DNA of 43,950 bases from an uncultured Gammaproteobacteria bacterium (lineage in GTDB: Bacteria > Pseudomonadota > Gammaproteobacteria > Pseudomonadales > UBA5518). The notes below the pieces were generated by a model. It was not told the origin of the DNA and did not search any database. It saw nothing but the letters and a program-made list of their open reading frames with translations. A program made the position numbers and the translations under genes. This document shows, one piece after another, positions 27,007-38,244 of the stretch. Numbering within the stretch: position 1 is the first letter of the stretch; each line of letters begins with the position of its first letter. The stretch covers positions 1-43,950 of the forward strand of contig CAIXOY010000245.1 in NCBI GenBank assembly GCA_903921135.1. Direction: 5' to 3'.

Positions 27007-27567
27007 GTGGTGGCAGCCGTGCGAAAGCCGGCCGCAGCAGGCAAAAACGTCATCCTGGGCCGCGTGAGCGGTGTCTTCGGGGTGAAAGGCTGGGTCAAGG
27101 TGTGGTCGTTCACTGACCCGCCCGACCGTCTGCTCGACCACAAGCTCTGGTCACTGAATGTGCCGGGGCAGGGGTGGCAGAACGTAGAGATAGACGCGGG
27201 GCAGCGCCATGACAAAGGTCTGGTGGTGCATCTGGCAGGGTGCGATGACCGTGATCTCGCCCGACGGTTTGTTCAGGCCGAGATCGCAGTGCCGGAAGCC
27301 GAGTTGCCGAGGCTCCCCGAGGGGGAGTTCTACTGGCACCAGCTGGAGGGGCTGAAGGTGTTTGCGGCTACGGAGCCGCAGGCGCTGCTGCTCGGAGAGG
27401 TGTCGCATCTCCTCGAGACAGGGGCAAACGATGTTCTGGTGGTGCAGCCCTGCGAGGGCAGCATCGATGACAGGGAGCGGATGCTCCCGTGGGTGGACGG
27501 CAAGGTCATTCTGGGTGTGGACCTGTCCGTCGGCGAGATCAGGGTCGATTGGGATCCCTCGTTCTGA
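27007..27567 (+). CDS. rimM: Ribosome maturation factor RimM
   Basis: [24 protein letters not shown] and [14 protein letters not shown] motifs. Lies between rpsP and trmD. Confidence 0.9.
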   Translation: MVAAVRKPAAAGKNVILGRVSGVFGVKGWVKVWSFTDPPDRLLDHKLWSLNVPGQGWQNVEIDAGQRHDKGLVVHLAGCDDRDLARRFVQAEIAVPEAELPRLPEGEFYWHQLEGLKVFAATEPQALLLGEVSHLLETGANDVLVVQPCEGSIDDRERMLPWVDGKVILGVDLSVGEIRVDWDPSF

Positions 27568-28301
27568 TGCCGGTTGGGGAGGAAGCGTTGCGTTTCGGGG
27601 TTGTCACGCTATTCCCTGAGATGTTTGACGCCCTCATCGACTTCGGCGTGACGGGGCGGGCCATCCGCGAGGGCATCGTTGAAGTGGGGTTCTGGAATCC
27701 GCGTGATCACGCGCAGGACCGGCACCGCTCGGTAGACGACAGGCCCTACGGGGGCGGCCCGGGGATGGTGATGAGTGCGCCCCCTCTGGTGGCCGCCATA
27801 CGCGAGGCAAAAGCCTCTGTCGGCTCCGGTGCGAAGGTGCTGTACCTGTCGCCGCAGGGCCCGAGGCTGACGCAGGCCAAGGCTGAAGTGCTGGCTGCGG
27901 CAGGTTCGTTGGTGCTGGTTGCCGGGCGCTACGAAGGCATCGACGAGCGGGTGATAGAGGCGGTGGTCGACGAAGAGATTTCGATCGGAGACTACGTGCT
28001 CAGTGGCGGGGAACTGCCCGCGATGGTGCTGATGGACGCGGTGATCCGCCTGTTGCCCGGTGCGCTGGGCCACGGCGAATCGGCGGCGCAGGATTCCTTC
28101 TCTGAAGGGCTTCTGGATTGCCCCCACTACACGCGGCCTGAAGTGTTCGAGGGTCGTGCCGTGCCGGAGGTCCTCTTGTCGGGGGATCATGAAAAGATCC
28201 GGCGGTGGCGCCTGGAACAGTCCCGCCACCGCACGGCGGAGCGTCGTCCGGACCTGATACCGGGCCAGACAGGCCAGACAGGCCAGACAGGCCAGAATTG
28301 A
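27567..28301 (+). CDS. trmD: tRNA (guanine37-N1)-methyltransferase
   Basis: [57 protein letters not shown] 27567 overlaps the rimM TGA by 1 nt (CTGATG). Unusual GQT-repeat tail. Confidence 0.95.
   Translation: MPVGEEALRFGVVTLFPEMFDALIDFGVTGRAIREGIVEVGFWNPRDHAQDRHRSVDDRPYGGGPGMVMSAPPLVAAIREAKASVGSGAKVLYLSPQGPRLTQAKAEVLAAAGSLVLVAGRYEGIDERVIEAVVDEEISIGDYVLSGGELPAMVLMDAVIRLLPGALGHGESAAQDSFSEGLLDCPHYTRPEVFEGRAVPEVLLSGDHEKIRRWRLEQSRHRTAERRPDLIPGQTGQTGQTGQN
28263..28296 (+). repeat. 9-bp tandem repeat GGCCAGACA x3.8 inside the trmD 3' end
   Basis: Units at 28263-71, 28272-80 and 28281-89, with a partial unit at 28290-96. They encode [12 protein letters not shown]-stop. Confidence 0.9.
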
Positions 28302-28386
28302 AGCGAAGGTTGCGGCAGTTGCCGCGTACGTGATCAACGCCACCGCGGGCATGCAGGCCCGCGGGACGTAACGAGGAGGAAAGCAC

Positions 28387-28752
28387 ATGCAGAACGGTAT
28401 CATCGCCCAGCTCGAGTCGGAGCAGATGGGCAAGACTGTCCCGGACTTCGCGCCGGGCGACACGGTGGTTGTGGATGTGCGCGTGGTCGAAGGCGACCGT
28501 GAGCGTCTTCAGGCCTTCGAAGGCGTCGTCATCGGCAAGCGCAACCGCGGCCTGAATTCCGCGTTCACCGTGCGGAAGATCTCCCACGGCGTGGGCGTGG
28601 AGCGTACCTTCCAGACCTACAGCGCCACCGTGGCCAACATTCTGGTCAAGCGTCGCGGCGATGTGCGCCAGGCGAAGCTTTACTACCTCCGCGAGCTGAG
28701 CGGCAAGGCTGCCCGCATCAAGGAGAAGCTTGCCAAGCAGTCGGCCGGCTGA
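28387..28752 (+). CDS. rplS: 50S ribosomal protein L19
   Basis: [55 protein letters not shown] lies upstream. Confidence 0.95.
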   Translation: MQNGIIAQLESEQMGKTVPDFAPGDTVVVDVRVVEGDRERLQAFEGVVIGKRNRGLNSAFTVRKISHGVGVERTFQTYSATVANILVKRRGDVRQAKLYYLRELSGKAARIKEKLAKQSAG

Positions 28753-28771
28753 TCGGCTGGCGAGGCAGGAG

Positions 28772-28806
28772 AAAAGGGTGGCCTCGTGCCACCCTTTTCG
28801 TTTTTC
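28772..28806 (+). terminator. Intrinsic terminator of the rpsP-rimM-trmD-rplS operon
   Basis: AAAAGGGTGGC-CTCGT-GCCACCCTTTT followed by CGTTTTT. Confidence 0.7.
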
Positions 28807-28812
28807 CGCACG

Positions 28813-29712
28813 ATGAACGCAGAGTCAGCCATCGACGATGTCGAGGCCTTTCTGGACGCCGCATGGCTCGAGAAGGGGCTGAGCGCCAACACCCTTTCTG
28901 CCTATCGCAGCGACCTCGGGTCCTTTGCTCGCTGGTGTTCCGGCAGGGGTCTGCAGCCTGTGGGCTGCGGGCGCGCAGAACTCCTCGACTTCCTCGCCGA
29001 GGGCCTGCGTACCGGCCGATCTGCCCGAAGCGCTGCGCGCATGCTCTCTTGCCTGCGCAGTTTCTATCGCCACCAGTTACGTACCGGTCGGATTTCCGCC
29101 GATCCGACCCTGCAGGTCGACAGTCCGCGGTTGGGTCGTCCGCTGCCCAAAAGCCTGGCGGAGGGGGACGTGGATGCCCTGCTGCGCGCACCCGATACCG
29201 CCACCCCCCTCGGGCTTCGCGACCGGGCGATGATCGAACTTCTGTACGCCTGTGGTCTTCGTGTCAGCGAACTGGTGAATCTCGAGATCGGCGCACTGAA
29301 TCTATCGCAGGGCGTGGTGCGGGTGATGGGCAAGGGTTCGCGCGAGAGGCTGGTGCCCGTGGGCGATGAAGCGGTCTCGTGGCTGTCGTCTTATCTGCGG
29401 GAAGCCCGCCCGCGGCTGGTAGCCGACGGCGCCAGCTCGGCGCTGTTTCCCGGGCGGGATGGGGCGCCGCTCACGCGTCAGGCTTTCTGGCACCGCCTCA
29501 AACGCCACGCACTGGAGGCGGGTATACACAAGCCCCTGTCACCCCACACGTTGCGTCATGCCTTTGCCACGCACCTGCTGAACCATGGGGCAGATCTCAG
29601 GGTGGTACAGATGCTCCTCGGGCACAGTGATCTCTCGACCACCCAGATCTACACCCACGTTGCGCGCGAGCGACTCAAGCAGCTCCACGCTGCGCATCAT
29701 CCGCGCGGCTGA
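28813..29712 (+). CDS. xerD: Site-specific tyrosine recombinase XerD
   Basis: FLDAAWLEKGLSANTLSAYRSDL, RDRAMIELLYACGLRVSELV, HTLRHAFATHLLNHGADLRVVQMLLGHSDLSTTQIYTHV. Start trimmed to ATG 28813 because the track start lies inside the rplS terminator. Confidence 0.9.
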   Translation: MNAESAIDDVEAFLDAAWLEKGLSANTLSAYRSDLGSFARWCSGRGLQPVGCGRAELLDFLAEGLRTGRSARSAARMLSCLRSFYRHQLRTGRISADPTLQVDSPRLGRPLPKSLAEGDVDALLRAPDTATPLGLRDRAMIELLYACGLRVSELVNLEIGALNLSQGVVRVMGKGSRERLVPVGDEAVSWLSSYLREARPRLVADGASSALFPGRDGAPLTRQAFWHRLKRHALEAGIHKPLSPHTLRHAFATHLLNHGADLRVVQMLLGHSDLSTTQIYTHVARERLKQLHAAHHPRG

Positions 29713-29778
29713 GCCGAAGCACAGGCATAATCCGTATTCCCCTTTCCCTGACGCACGCCACACAGAGAGGCCTACGCC

Positions 29779-30525
29779 ATGAAGTCCCCCGCAACACTGA
29801 TGTGCCGCGTGCTCCTGATGCTGGCCTGCGCAGTCCCGGTCCTTCCGGTGGCCGCGGCAGATGATCCCGTTGCCGTCGCGTTGCTCGCAAAGCTGAAGGC
29901 CGCGCGCGCTGACCTCGAGTTCTCGATGCCGCGACAGAGCGCGATGCCCGGTCTCTACGAGGTGAGCGTCAAGTCCGGCCCCACCCTGTACGTGACTGCG
30001 GACGGCGGATTCTTCGTTGCGGGCGATCTCTTCGCGGTTGGCCCTGGCGGCTTCACGAACCTTGCCGAGCAAAAGCGCGACGCCGACCGCCGGGATGCGC
30101 TGGCCAGCCTGAGCCCCGCCGAGATGATCGTCTTCTCCCCGCCGAACCCGAAAGCGACCGTCACGGTTTTCACCGACATCGACTGCGGTTACTGCCGCAA
30201 GCTCCACCAGGAAGTCCCGCAACTGAACGCCATGGGCATCGCAGTGCACTACCTTGCCTTTCCGCGCGCGGGCCCTGGATCACCCTCGTTCCGCAAGATC
30301 GCCACCGCGTGGTGCGCGCCTGATCGTGGGGCTGCGCTCACCCGCCTCAAAAACGGAGAGGACGTTCCCGACAATGTGTGCCCGGGTAACCCGGTCGCCG
30401 CGCAGTACGCGCTGGGCGAACGCCTGGGCGTCACGGGAACGCCGGCGCTGGTCCTGGAAGACGGCACGCTCATACCCGGCTACCAGCCGGCCGCCGAACT
30501 TGCGCGACTGCTGGGCGTGAACTGA
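29779..30525 (+). CDS. dsbC: Periplasmic thiol:disulfide interchange protein DsbC
   Basis: Signal peptide, N-terminal dimerisation domain, and VFTDIDCGYCRKLH active site (CGYC). Confidence 0.85.
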   Translation: MKSPATLMCRVLLMLACAVPVLPVAAADDPVAVALLAKLKAARADLEFSMPRQSAMPGLYEVSVKSGPTLYVTADGGFFVAGDLFAVGPGGFTNLAEQKRDADRRDALASLSPAEMIVFSPPNPKATVTVFTDIDCGYCRKLHQEVPQLNAMGIAVHYLAFPRAGPGSPSFRKIATAWCAPDRGAALTRLKNGEDVPDNVCPGNPVAAQYALGERLGVTGTPALVLEDGTLIPGYQPAAELARLLGVN

Positions 30526-30561
30526 GAATCCCGCGCCTTGCACGATCCGGGGGGAAATGAC

Positions 30562-31869
30562 GTGGTTCCGATCAGAGTAGGCATCTGCGGTTTCGGTACG
30601 GTGGGTTCCGGGACCTTCCGCGTGCTCGAGCGCAACCGCGCCGATATCGCCGCGCGTGTGGGTCGGGACGTGATCGTCACCCACATCGGCGCGCGCCGCG
30701 ACAACCCGCGCTGCAGCACGGGCGACACCCGCGTCAGCCGTGACCTCTTCGAGGTCGTGCGTGATCCCGACGTCGATATCGTGGTCGAACTGATCGGCGG
30801 CTGCGACACGGCGCGGCAACTCGTCCTCGAGGCCATCGCAGCAGGCAAGCATGTCATCACCGCCAACAAGGCGCTGATCGCCCAGCACGGCAATGAGATC
30901 TTCGCGGCGGCGAGCGCGCGTGGCGTCTCTGTGGCTTTCGAGGCTGCGGTGGGCGGTGGCATCCCGATCATCAAGGCCATTCGCGAGGGCCTCGCAGCCA
31001 ACCACATCGAGTGGGTCGCGGGCATCATCAACGGCACAGGCAACTACATCCTCTCGGAGATGCGCGAGCGTGGGCGCAGCTTTGCAGCGGCGCTCGCCGA
31101 GGCGCAGGCGCTCGGTTATGCCGAGGCAGATCCCACCTTCGATGTCGAGGGCATCGATGCGGCGCACAAGCTGGCGATCCTCGCCTCACTCGCCTTCGGG
31201 ATCCCGCTGCAATTCGAGCGCATCTACTGCGAGGGCATCTCGGGTCTCTCCAGCGAGGACATCCGTTACGCCGAGGAACTCGGCTACCGCATCAAGCATC
31301 TGGGTATTTGCCGCCGCACGGCGAGCGGCATCGAGTTGCGCGTGCATCCCACGCTGATCCCCGACGACCGCCTCATCGCCAACGTGAACGGCGTGATGAA
31401 CGCGATCCTTGTGCAAGGCGATGCCGTCGGGCCCACCCTGTATTACGGGCCGGGTGCCGGTTCCGAGCCCACGGCCTCTTCCGTGGTGGCCGACATCGTC
31501 GATGTCGCGCGCACGCTCACCGCCGATCCGGAGCACCGCGTGCCGCATCTCGCGTTCCAGGCTGACCGCCTGTCCTCCGAGCCCGTTCTGCCCATCGAGT
31601 CTGTGCGCACCAGCTACTACCTGCGCGTCACAGTGCTCGACCAGCCGGGAGTGCTCTGGCGCATCGCCCAGATCCTGAGCGATGCGGGCATCAGCATCGA
31701 GGCGCTGATCCAGAAAGAGGCGCCCGAAGACCAGGACACCGCCACCATGATCCTGCTGACCAGCGTGACGGAGGAGCGGAGCATGAACGAGGCCATCCGC
31801 GCCATCGAGGCGCAGGATGCCACCCGCGGCCCGGTGCGCCGGATCCGCATGGAAAAACTCGACGGCTGA
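30562..31869 (+). CDS. hom: Homoserine dehydrogenase
   Basis: IRVGICGFGTVGSG, VITANKALIA, C-terminal ACT domain (YYLRVTVLDQPGVLWRIAQILSDAGISI). GTG 30562 is preferred (GGGGGGA lies 8 nt upstream). The track start is TTG 30538. Confidence 0.9.
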   Translation: MVPIRVGICGFGTVGSGTFRVLERNRADIAARVGRDVIVTHIGARRDNPRCSTGDTRVSRDLFEVVRDPDVDIVVELIGGCDTARQLVLEAIAAGKHVITANKALIAQHGNEIFAAASARGVSVAFEAAVGGGIPIIKAIREGLAANHIEWVAGIINGTGNYILSEMRERGRSFAAALAEAQALGYAEADPTFDVEGIDAAHKLAILASLAFGIPLQFERIYCEGISGLSSEDIRYAEELGYRIKHLGICRRTASGIELRVHPTLIPDDRLIANVNGVMNAILVQGDAVGPTLYYGPGAGSEPTASSVVADIVDVARTLTADPEHRVPHLAFQADRLSSEPVLPIESVRTSYYLRVTVLDQPGVLWRIAQILSDAGISIEALIQKEAPEDQDTATMILLTSVTEERSMNEAIRAIEAQDATRGPVRRIRMEKLDG

Positions 31870-31881
31870 GGGGAGATCCTC

Positions 31882-33279
31882 GTGGAATACATCAGCACCC
31901 GCGGCGGTTCGCCCGCGCTCGGTTTCGAGGACGTACTGCTCACCGGCCTGGCGCCCGACGGGGGGCTGTATCTGCCCCGCGAATTGCCCCGCTTCGATGC
32001 CGCGACGCTCGAGCGCTGGGCCGGGCTCGGCTATGCCGATCTCGCTGCCGAGGTGATGCAGCCGTTCGTGGAAGGTTTCCTCGCCCCCGGGGAACTGCGC
32101 ACGATCTGCCAGGATACCTACCGTGATTTCCGCCACCCCGCGGTCGCGCCGCTGGTGCAACTCGGGCCGAACGAATGGGTGCTGGAGTTGTTCCACGGCC
32201 CCACGCTCGCCTTCAAGGATTTCGCGCTTCAGTTGCTCGGCAGGCTGCTCGAGCGCTCGCTCGAGCGCCGCGGCGAGCGCGCTGTGATACTGGGTGCCAC
32301 CTCGGGAGACACGGGCTCGGCCGCCATCGAGGGCTGCCGTCGCTCCTCGCGGGTGGACATCTTCATCATGCATCCGCACGGGCGCGTCTCGGAGGTGCAG
32401 CGCCGCCAGATGACCACTGTCATCGGGCCGAACATCCACAACATCGCCGTTGACGGTGACTTCGACGATTGTCAGGAACTGGTGAAGGCGAGTTTCGCCG
32501 ATCAGTCCTTCCTGCCGCCGGGCCTGCGTCTGGTGGCGGTGAACTCCATCAACTGGGCACGGATCATGGCCCAGATCGTCTACTACGTGGCGGCCGCGCT
32601 CGCGCTCGGTGCGCCGCGCCGGGCCGTGGGTTTCTCCGTGCCCACGGGCAACTTCGGCGATATCTACGCGGGCTATCTGGCCCGGCGCATGGGGCTTCCG
32701 GTGTCGCAACTGGTGATTGCCACCAACGCCAACGACATCCTCCACCGCTTCCTGCAGGGCGAGGGCTATGCCCGCGGTGCGCTGCTGCAGACGCTTGCGC
32801 CCAGCATGGACATCGTGGTCTCCAGCAACTTCGAGCGCGCGCTCTTCGATTTCCATGACGGAGATGCCGCGGCCATGGCGAGCCTCCTGTCGCGCTTCCG
32901 CAACGGCGCGGTGCAGGTGCCCGTTGCGGTGCTGGAGCGCGCCCGGGCAGAGTTCTCGAGCGCCGTAGTCGATGACGAGAGCACCTGCGCGACCATTGCC
33001 GAGGTCTTTGCAGAATCGGGCTATCTCCTCGATCCGCACACGGCGATCGGCGTGCGTGCCGCGCGTGAGTGCCGTCGTGATCCGGCAACGCCTCTGGTCA
33101 CGCTGGGTACTGCGCACCCAGCGAAGTTTCCGGATGCCATCCAGCACGCCAGCGTGCCGGTGGCGCCGCAGTTGCCGCACTACATGTCCGATTTGATGCA
33201 ACGGCCAGAGCGTTGCGAGCGCTTGCCGCGTGATCTTGCGCTGCTGGCCGCTTTCGTGCGCGAGCGGGTGAGGGCATAG
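31882..33279 (+). CDS. thrC: Threonine synthase
   Basis: MEYISTRGG...GLAPDGGLYLP, FHGPTLAFKDFALQ (PLP lysine), GATSGDTGSAA. Confidence 0.95.
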   Translation: MEYISTRGGSPALGFEDVLLTGLAPDGGLYLPRELPRFDAATLERWAGLGYADLAAEVMQPFVEGFLAPGELRTICQDTYRDFRHPAVAPLVQLGPNEWVLELFHGPTLAFKDFALQLLGRLLERSLERRGERAVILGATSGDTGSAAIEGCRRSSRVDIFIMHPHGRVSEVQRRQMTTVIGPNIHNIAVDGDFDDCQELVKASFADQSFLPPGLRLVAVNSINWARIMAQIVYYVAAALALGAPRRAVGFSVPTGNFGDIYAGYLARRMGLPVSQLVIATNANDILHRFLQGEGYARGALLQTLAPSMDIVVSSNFERALFDFHDGDAAAMASLLSRFRNGAVQVPVAVLERARAEFSSAVVDDESTCATIAEVFAESGYLLDPHTAIGVRAARECRRDPATPLVTLGTAHPAKFPDAIQHASVPVAPQLPHYMSDLMQRPERCERLPRDLALLAAFVRERVRA

Positions 33280-35007
33280 GTGGCGCTGCCGAGGCTGCAG
33301 CGACGAGCGCAAGCTGCGGCTGCCACATCGCTTGATCTTCTTGCCCGCTTGCTCGCGGCGCGCGGCGTTGATCCTTCCCGGGGTCTGAAGCTCCAGAGCG
33401 GCGATCTCATTCCACCGATCAGCATGCGAGGCCTTCCCGAGGCCACGGCGCGGCTGGCCGATGCCATGGAGGCACGCGAGCACATCCTCGTGGTCGGCGA
33501 TTACGACGCCGATGGCGCCACCAGCACCGCGCTGCTGCTGTTGGGGCTGCGGACGATGGGGTTTGCCGGCGCCGATTTCCTGGTGCCCAACCGTTTCGAG
33601 TACGGCTACGGGCTTACGCCCGAGATCGTGCGCGTTGCCGCGGTGCGCGAGCCACGGCCCACCTTGCTGATTACGGTGGACAACGGCATCAGCAGCGCGG
33701 ATGGCGTAGAGGTGGCAGCGGAACTCGGCATGGATGTGCTGGTCACGGACCACCACCTGCCGGGTGAGCAGATCCCTGCCGCCTGCGCCATCCTCAACCC
33801 CAACCAGCCCGGCTGCACGTTTCCCAGCAAATGCCTTGCGGGTGTGGGTGTGGTGTTTTACCTCCTGTGCGGTTTGCGTGCGGAATTGCGCCAGCGCGAC
33901 TGGTTCGTCTCGCGCGGCGTCGCGGAGCCGCGGCTTGCCGAACTGCTTGATCTGGTCGCGTTGGGCACGGTGGCCGACGTCGTACCGCTCGATGCCAACA
34001 ACCGCATCCTCGTGCATCAGGGCCTGCTGCAGTTGCGCAAGGGGCGCGGGCGCCCCGGCGTGCGTGCGCTGCTGCAGGCGGCGGGGCGTCAGACCGCGCG
34101 CGTCACCAGCGCCGACCTCGGTTTCTATGCAGGCCCGCGGCTCAATGCGGCCGGCCGTCTGCAGGATATGTCCCTCGGTATCCGCTGCCTGATGGAGGAG
34201 GATCCGCTCAAGGCCCGTGACATGGCAGCGGAACTCGATGCGCTCAACCGCCAGCGCCGTTCTATCGAGGACGATATGCAGCGCGAGGCGCTGGACCTGC
34301 TGGATGCGGAAACTGTCGTTGATGATCCGCGCTGGGGGCTGTCTCTCTATCGGCCCGAGTGGCATCAGGGCGTGGTGGGCCTGGTCGCCTCGCGCCTCAA
34401 GGAACGCCTGCACCGCCCGGTGTTCGCCTTCGCGCCTGCCGCAGACGGCGAATTGAAGGGTTCCGGCCGCTCCATCCGCGGCCTGCACATGCGCGATGTG
34501 CTGGCTTCCATCCATGCGAGGGATCCGCAACTCATTACCCGTTTCGGGGGCCATGCCATGGCTGCGGGTTTGTCGTTGCCCGAAGCCCATTTCCCGCGCT
34601 TTGCAGAGGCCTTCGACGACGAGGTGCGGCGCGTACTCGATCCTGCAGCCCTGGAAGGCGTGCTGGAGACCGACGGCGAGTTGCCGCCAGCGGAATTCAC
34701 GCTGCCCAACGCGCAACTGCTGCGCGAGGCGGCACCCTGGGGCCAGCACTTCCCCGAACCGCTGTTCGACGGTGTTTTCCGTCTCCACGAACAGCGCATC
34801 GTGGGAGAGAAGCATCTGCGCATCGGCATTTCCCCGCTTGCCGATCCCGCGCTCGTCCTCGGGGGCATCGCCTTCAACATCGATACCGCCGTCTGGCCCG
34901 ATCCTGCGGTGCAGCGCGTGCACCTCGCCTATCGACTCGATGTGAACGAGTACCGCGGCAAGAGCACGGTGCAATTGCTGGTGGTCCGGATGGAGCGCGC
35001 GGACTGA
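33280..35007 (+). CDS. recJ: Single-stranded-DNA-specific exonuclease RecJ
   Basis: ILVVGDYDADGATSTALL, LITVDNGISS, VLVTDHH (DHH motifs), GGHAMAAG (DHHA1). GTG start lies immediately after the thrC stop. Confidence 0.95.
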   Translation: MALPRLQRRAQAAAATSLDLLARLLAARGVDPSRGLKLQSGDLIPPISMRGLPEATARLADAMEAREHILVVGDYDADGATSTALLLLGLRTMGFAGADFLVPNRFEYGYGLTPEIVRVAAVREPRPTLLITVDNGISSADGVEVAAELGMDVLVTDHHLPGEQIPAACAILNPNQPGCTFPSKCLAGVGVVFYLLCGLRAELRQRDWFVSRGVAEPRLAELLDLVALGTVADVVPLDANNRILVHQGLLQLRKGRGRPGVRALLQAAGRQTARVTSADLGFYAGPRLNAAGRLQDMSLGIRCLMEEDPLKARDMAAELDALNRQRRSIEDDMQREALDLLDAETVVDDPRWGLSLYRPEWHQGVVGLVASRLKERLHRPVFAFAPAADGELKGSGRSIRGLHMRDVLASIHARDPQLITRFGGHAMAAGLSLPEAHFPRFAEAFDDEVRRVLDPAALEGVLETDGELPPAEFTLPNAQLLREAAPWGQHFPEPLFDGVFRLHEQRIVGEKHLRIGISPLADPALVLGGIAFNIDTAVWPDPAVQRVHLAYRLDVNEYRGKSTVQLLVVRMERAD

Positions 35008-35093
35008 GGCGGGCACCGTTGTCCGCGGCAGCATTTTGGTGGCCCCTCGGTTAAACTCGGCTCCCTATTTCCGACGCCACCAGCACCCCCCGC

Positions 35094-36189
35094 ATGGAAA
35101 CCAATCCGCTCCAGAACCAGCTGAACGATCTGCGGTCCCGCACCGCCGATCTCAGGGGGTATCTTTGACTACGCCACCAAGAAAGACCGCCTGAAGGAAG
35201 TCGAGCTCGAGCTGAGCGAACCCAGCGTCTGGGAAAAGCCCGAGCGCGCACAGGAACTCGGCCGCGAGCGAGCCGCCCTCGAACTGGTCGTGAACACCAT
35301 CGAGAATCTCGACAGCGGTCTCGCCGACGCGGGCGACCTGCTCGAACTGATCGAGATGGAAGACGACACGGCGGCCTTCGAGTCCTTGTGCAGCGACGTG
35401 AACGGCTTGCAGCGGCAGGTCGAGAACCTCGAGTTCCGGCGCATGTTCTCGGGCGAGCATGACGGCGCCCACGCATTTCTCGATGTCCAGGCGGGCTCCG
35501 GTGGCACCGAGGCGCAGGACTGGGGCGAGATGCTCCTGCGGATGTATCTGCGCTGGGGCGAGGCCCACGGATTCGATTGCGAACTGGTCGAGTGCAGCGC
35601 CGGCGAGGTCGCGGGCATCAAGAGCGCGACCATACATTTCCGGGGCGACAACGCTTTCGGCTGGCTGCGCACCGAGACCGGCGTGCATCGTCTGGTGCGC
35701 AAGAGCCCCTTCGACAGCGGCAACCGGCGCCATACGTCCTTCGCCTCGGTGTTCGTGTCTCCCGAACTGGACGACACCATCCAGATCGACATAAACCCCG
35801 CCGACCTGCGCGTCGACACCTACCGCGCGAGCGGCGCTGGCGGACAGCACGTGAACCGTACCGATTCGGCCATCCGCATCACGCACATGCCGAGTGGCAT
35901 CGTGGTGCAGTGCCAGTCGCAGCGCTCCCAGCACCAGAACCGCGATTTCGCGATGAAGCAGTTGCGCGCCAAGCTCTACGAGCAGGAGATGCAGAAGCGC
36001 AGCGCAGCGCTGCAGGCGCTGGAAGACAGCAAATCCGACATCGGCTGGGGCAGCCAGATCCGGTCCTACGTGCTCGACCAGTCGCGCATCAAGGACCTTC
36101 GCACCGGGGTCGAGACCAGCGACACGCAGCGTGTGCTGGACGGCGACCTCGACCGATTCATCGAGGCCTCGCTGAAGGCCGGCCTCTGA
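35094..36189 (+). CDS. prfB: Peptide chain release factor 2, made by programmed +1 frameshift: join(35094..35165,35167..36189)
   Basis: Frame 0 reads [24 protein letters not shown] then in-frame TGA at 35166. The +1 frame continues [23 protein letters not shown]...SPF...[16 protein letters not shown] (SPF and GGQ motifs). Confidence 0.95.
35154..35169 (+). promoter_or_regulatory. RF2 autoregulatory +1 frameshift site
   Basis: AGGGGG TAT CTT TGA C: an internal Shine-Dalgarno-like AGGGGG, slippery CTT, then TGA followed by C. This matches the canonical element. Confidence 0.9.
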
Positions 36190-36211
36190 CACCTGCCGGA
36201 GCAGCACGCGC

Positions 36212-37705
<1,494 letters not shown>

Positions 37706-37734
37706 GCATTCGCGCGGGAAGGGGAACAGGTTCC

Positions 37735-38244
37735 ATGCGCACCATGTCTCTCGTGCTTGTCCTCTGTCTTGCCTGCATGGGAGTCGCCGCGCAGTCGGCT
37801 GTGCCCGCCGCGCCGGCCAAGGCCCCTGCCGATGAGCCCCTGCCCGAGGACTTCGACTCCCTGCTCCGAACGGGCTGGTGGGCGCTTCGCGCAGGCGATG
37901 CGGAGCGCGCCATGCTCGCCTACGAGCGCGTACTGGCTCGCGCTGATGATGCGCGCATGCAGGTGCGGGCACTGATCGTGATCGCGATGGCACGACTTAC
38001 GCCTTCCTCTGCGGCACATGATGTCGATGCCGCGGCGCTCGCGATGGAGGAACTCGACCGCCGGGTGAAGCTCTACGGGCTGGAACAGGAGTTTTTCGGC
38101 GAGCTGGAGTTGCTGCGACTGGTGGCCGCACAGGATCGCGAGTTGAAAACCCTGCGCGGCAGCCGGCGTTCGCTGGAGCGCGAGATCCGGCAGCGCGACG
38201 AGGTGATCCGTCAGTTGCGCGCGCTCAGCGTGGAGCAGCAGTAG
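37735..38244 (+). CDS. Hypothetical secreted protein with C-terminal coiled coil (169 aa)
   Basis: Signal-like MSLVLVLCLACMGVAAQS. No family recognised. The 3' end overlaps the convergent kinase gene by 20 nt. Confidence 0.5.
   Translation: MRTMSLVLVLCLACMGVAAQSAVPAAPAKAPADEPLPEDFDSLLRTGWWALRAGDAERAMLAYERVLARADDARMQVRALIVIAMARLTPSSAAHDVDAAALAMEELDRRVKLYGLEQEFFGELELLRLVAAQDRELKTLRGSRRSLEREIRQRDEVIRQLRALSVEQQ

Noticed and set aside
31186-35034. 1282-aa minus-strand ORF, the longest in the window
   Set aside because: It is exactly antisense to thrC and recJ, which have unmistakable family motifs. Its translation is Arg/Ala/Gly/His-rich with no recognisable domains, as expected for stop-poor antisense frames in high-GC DNA.
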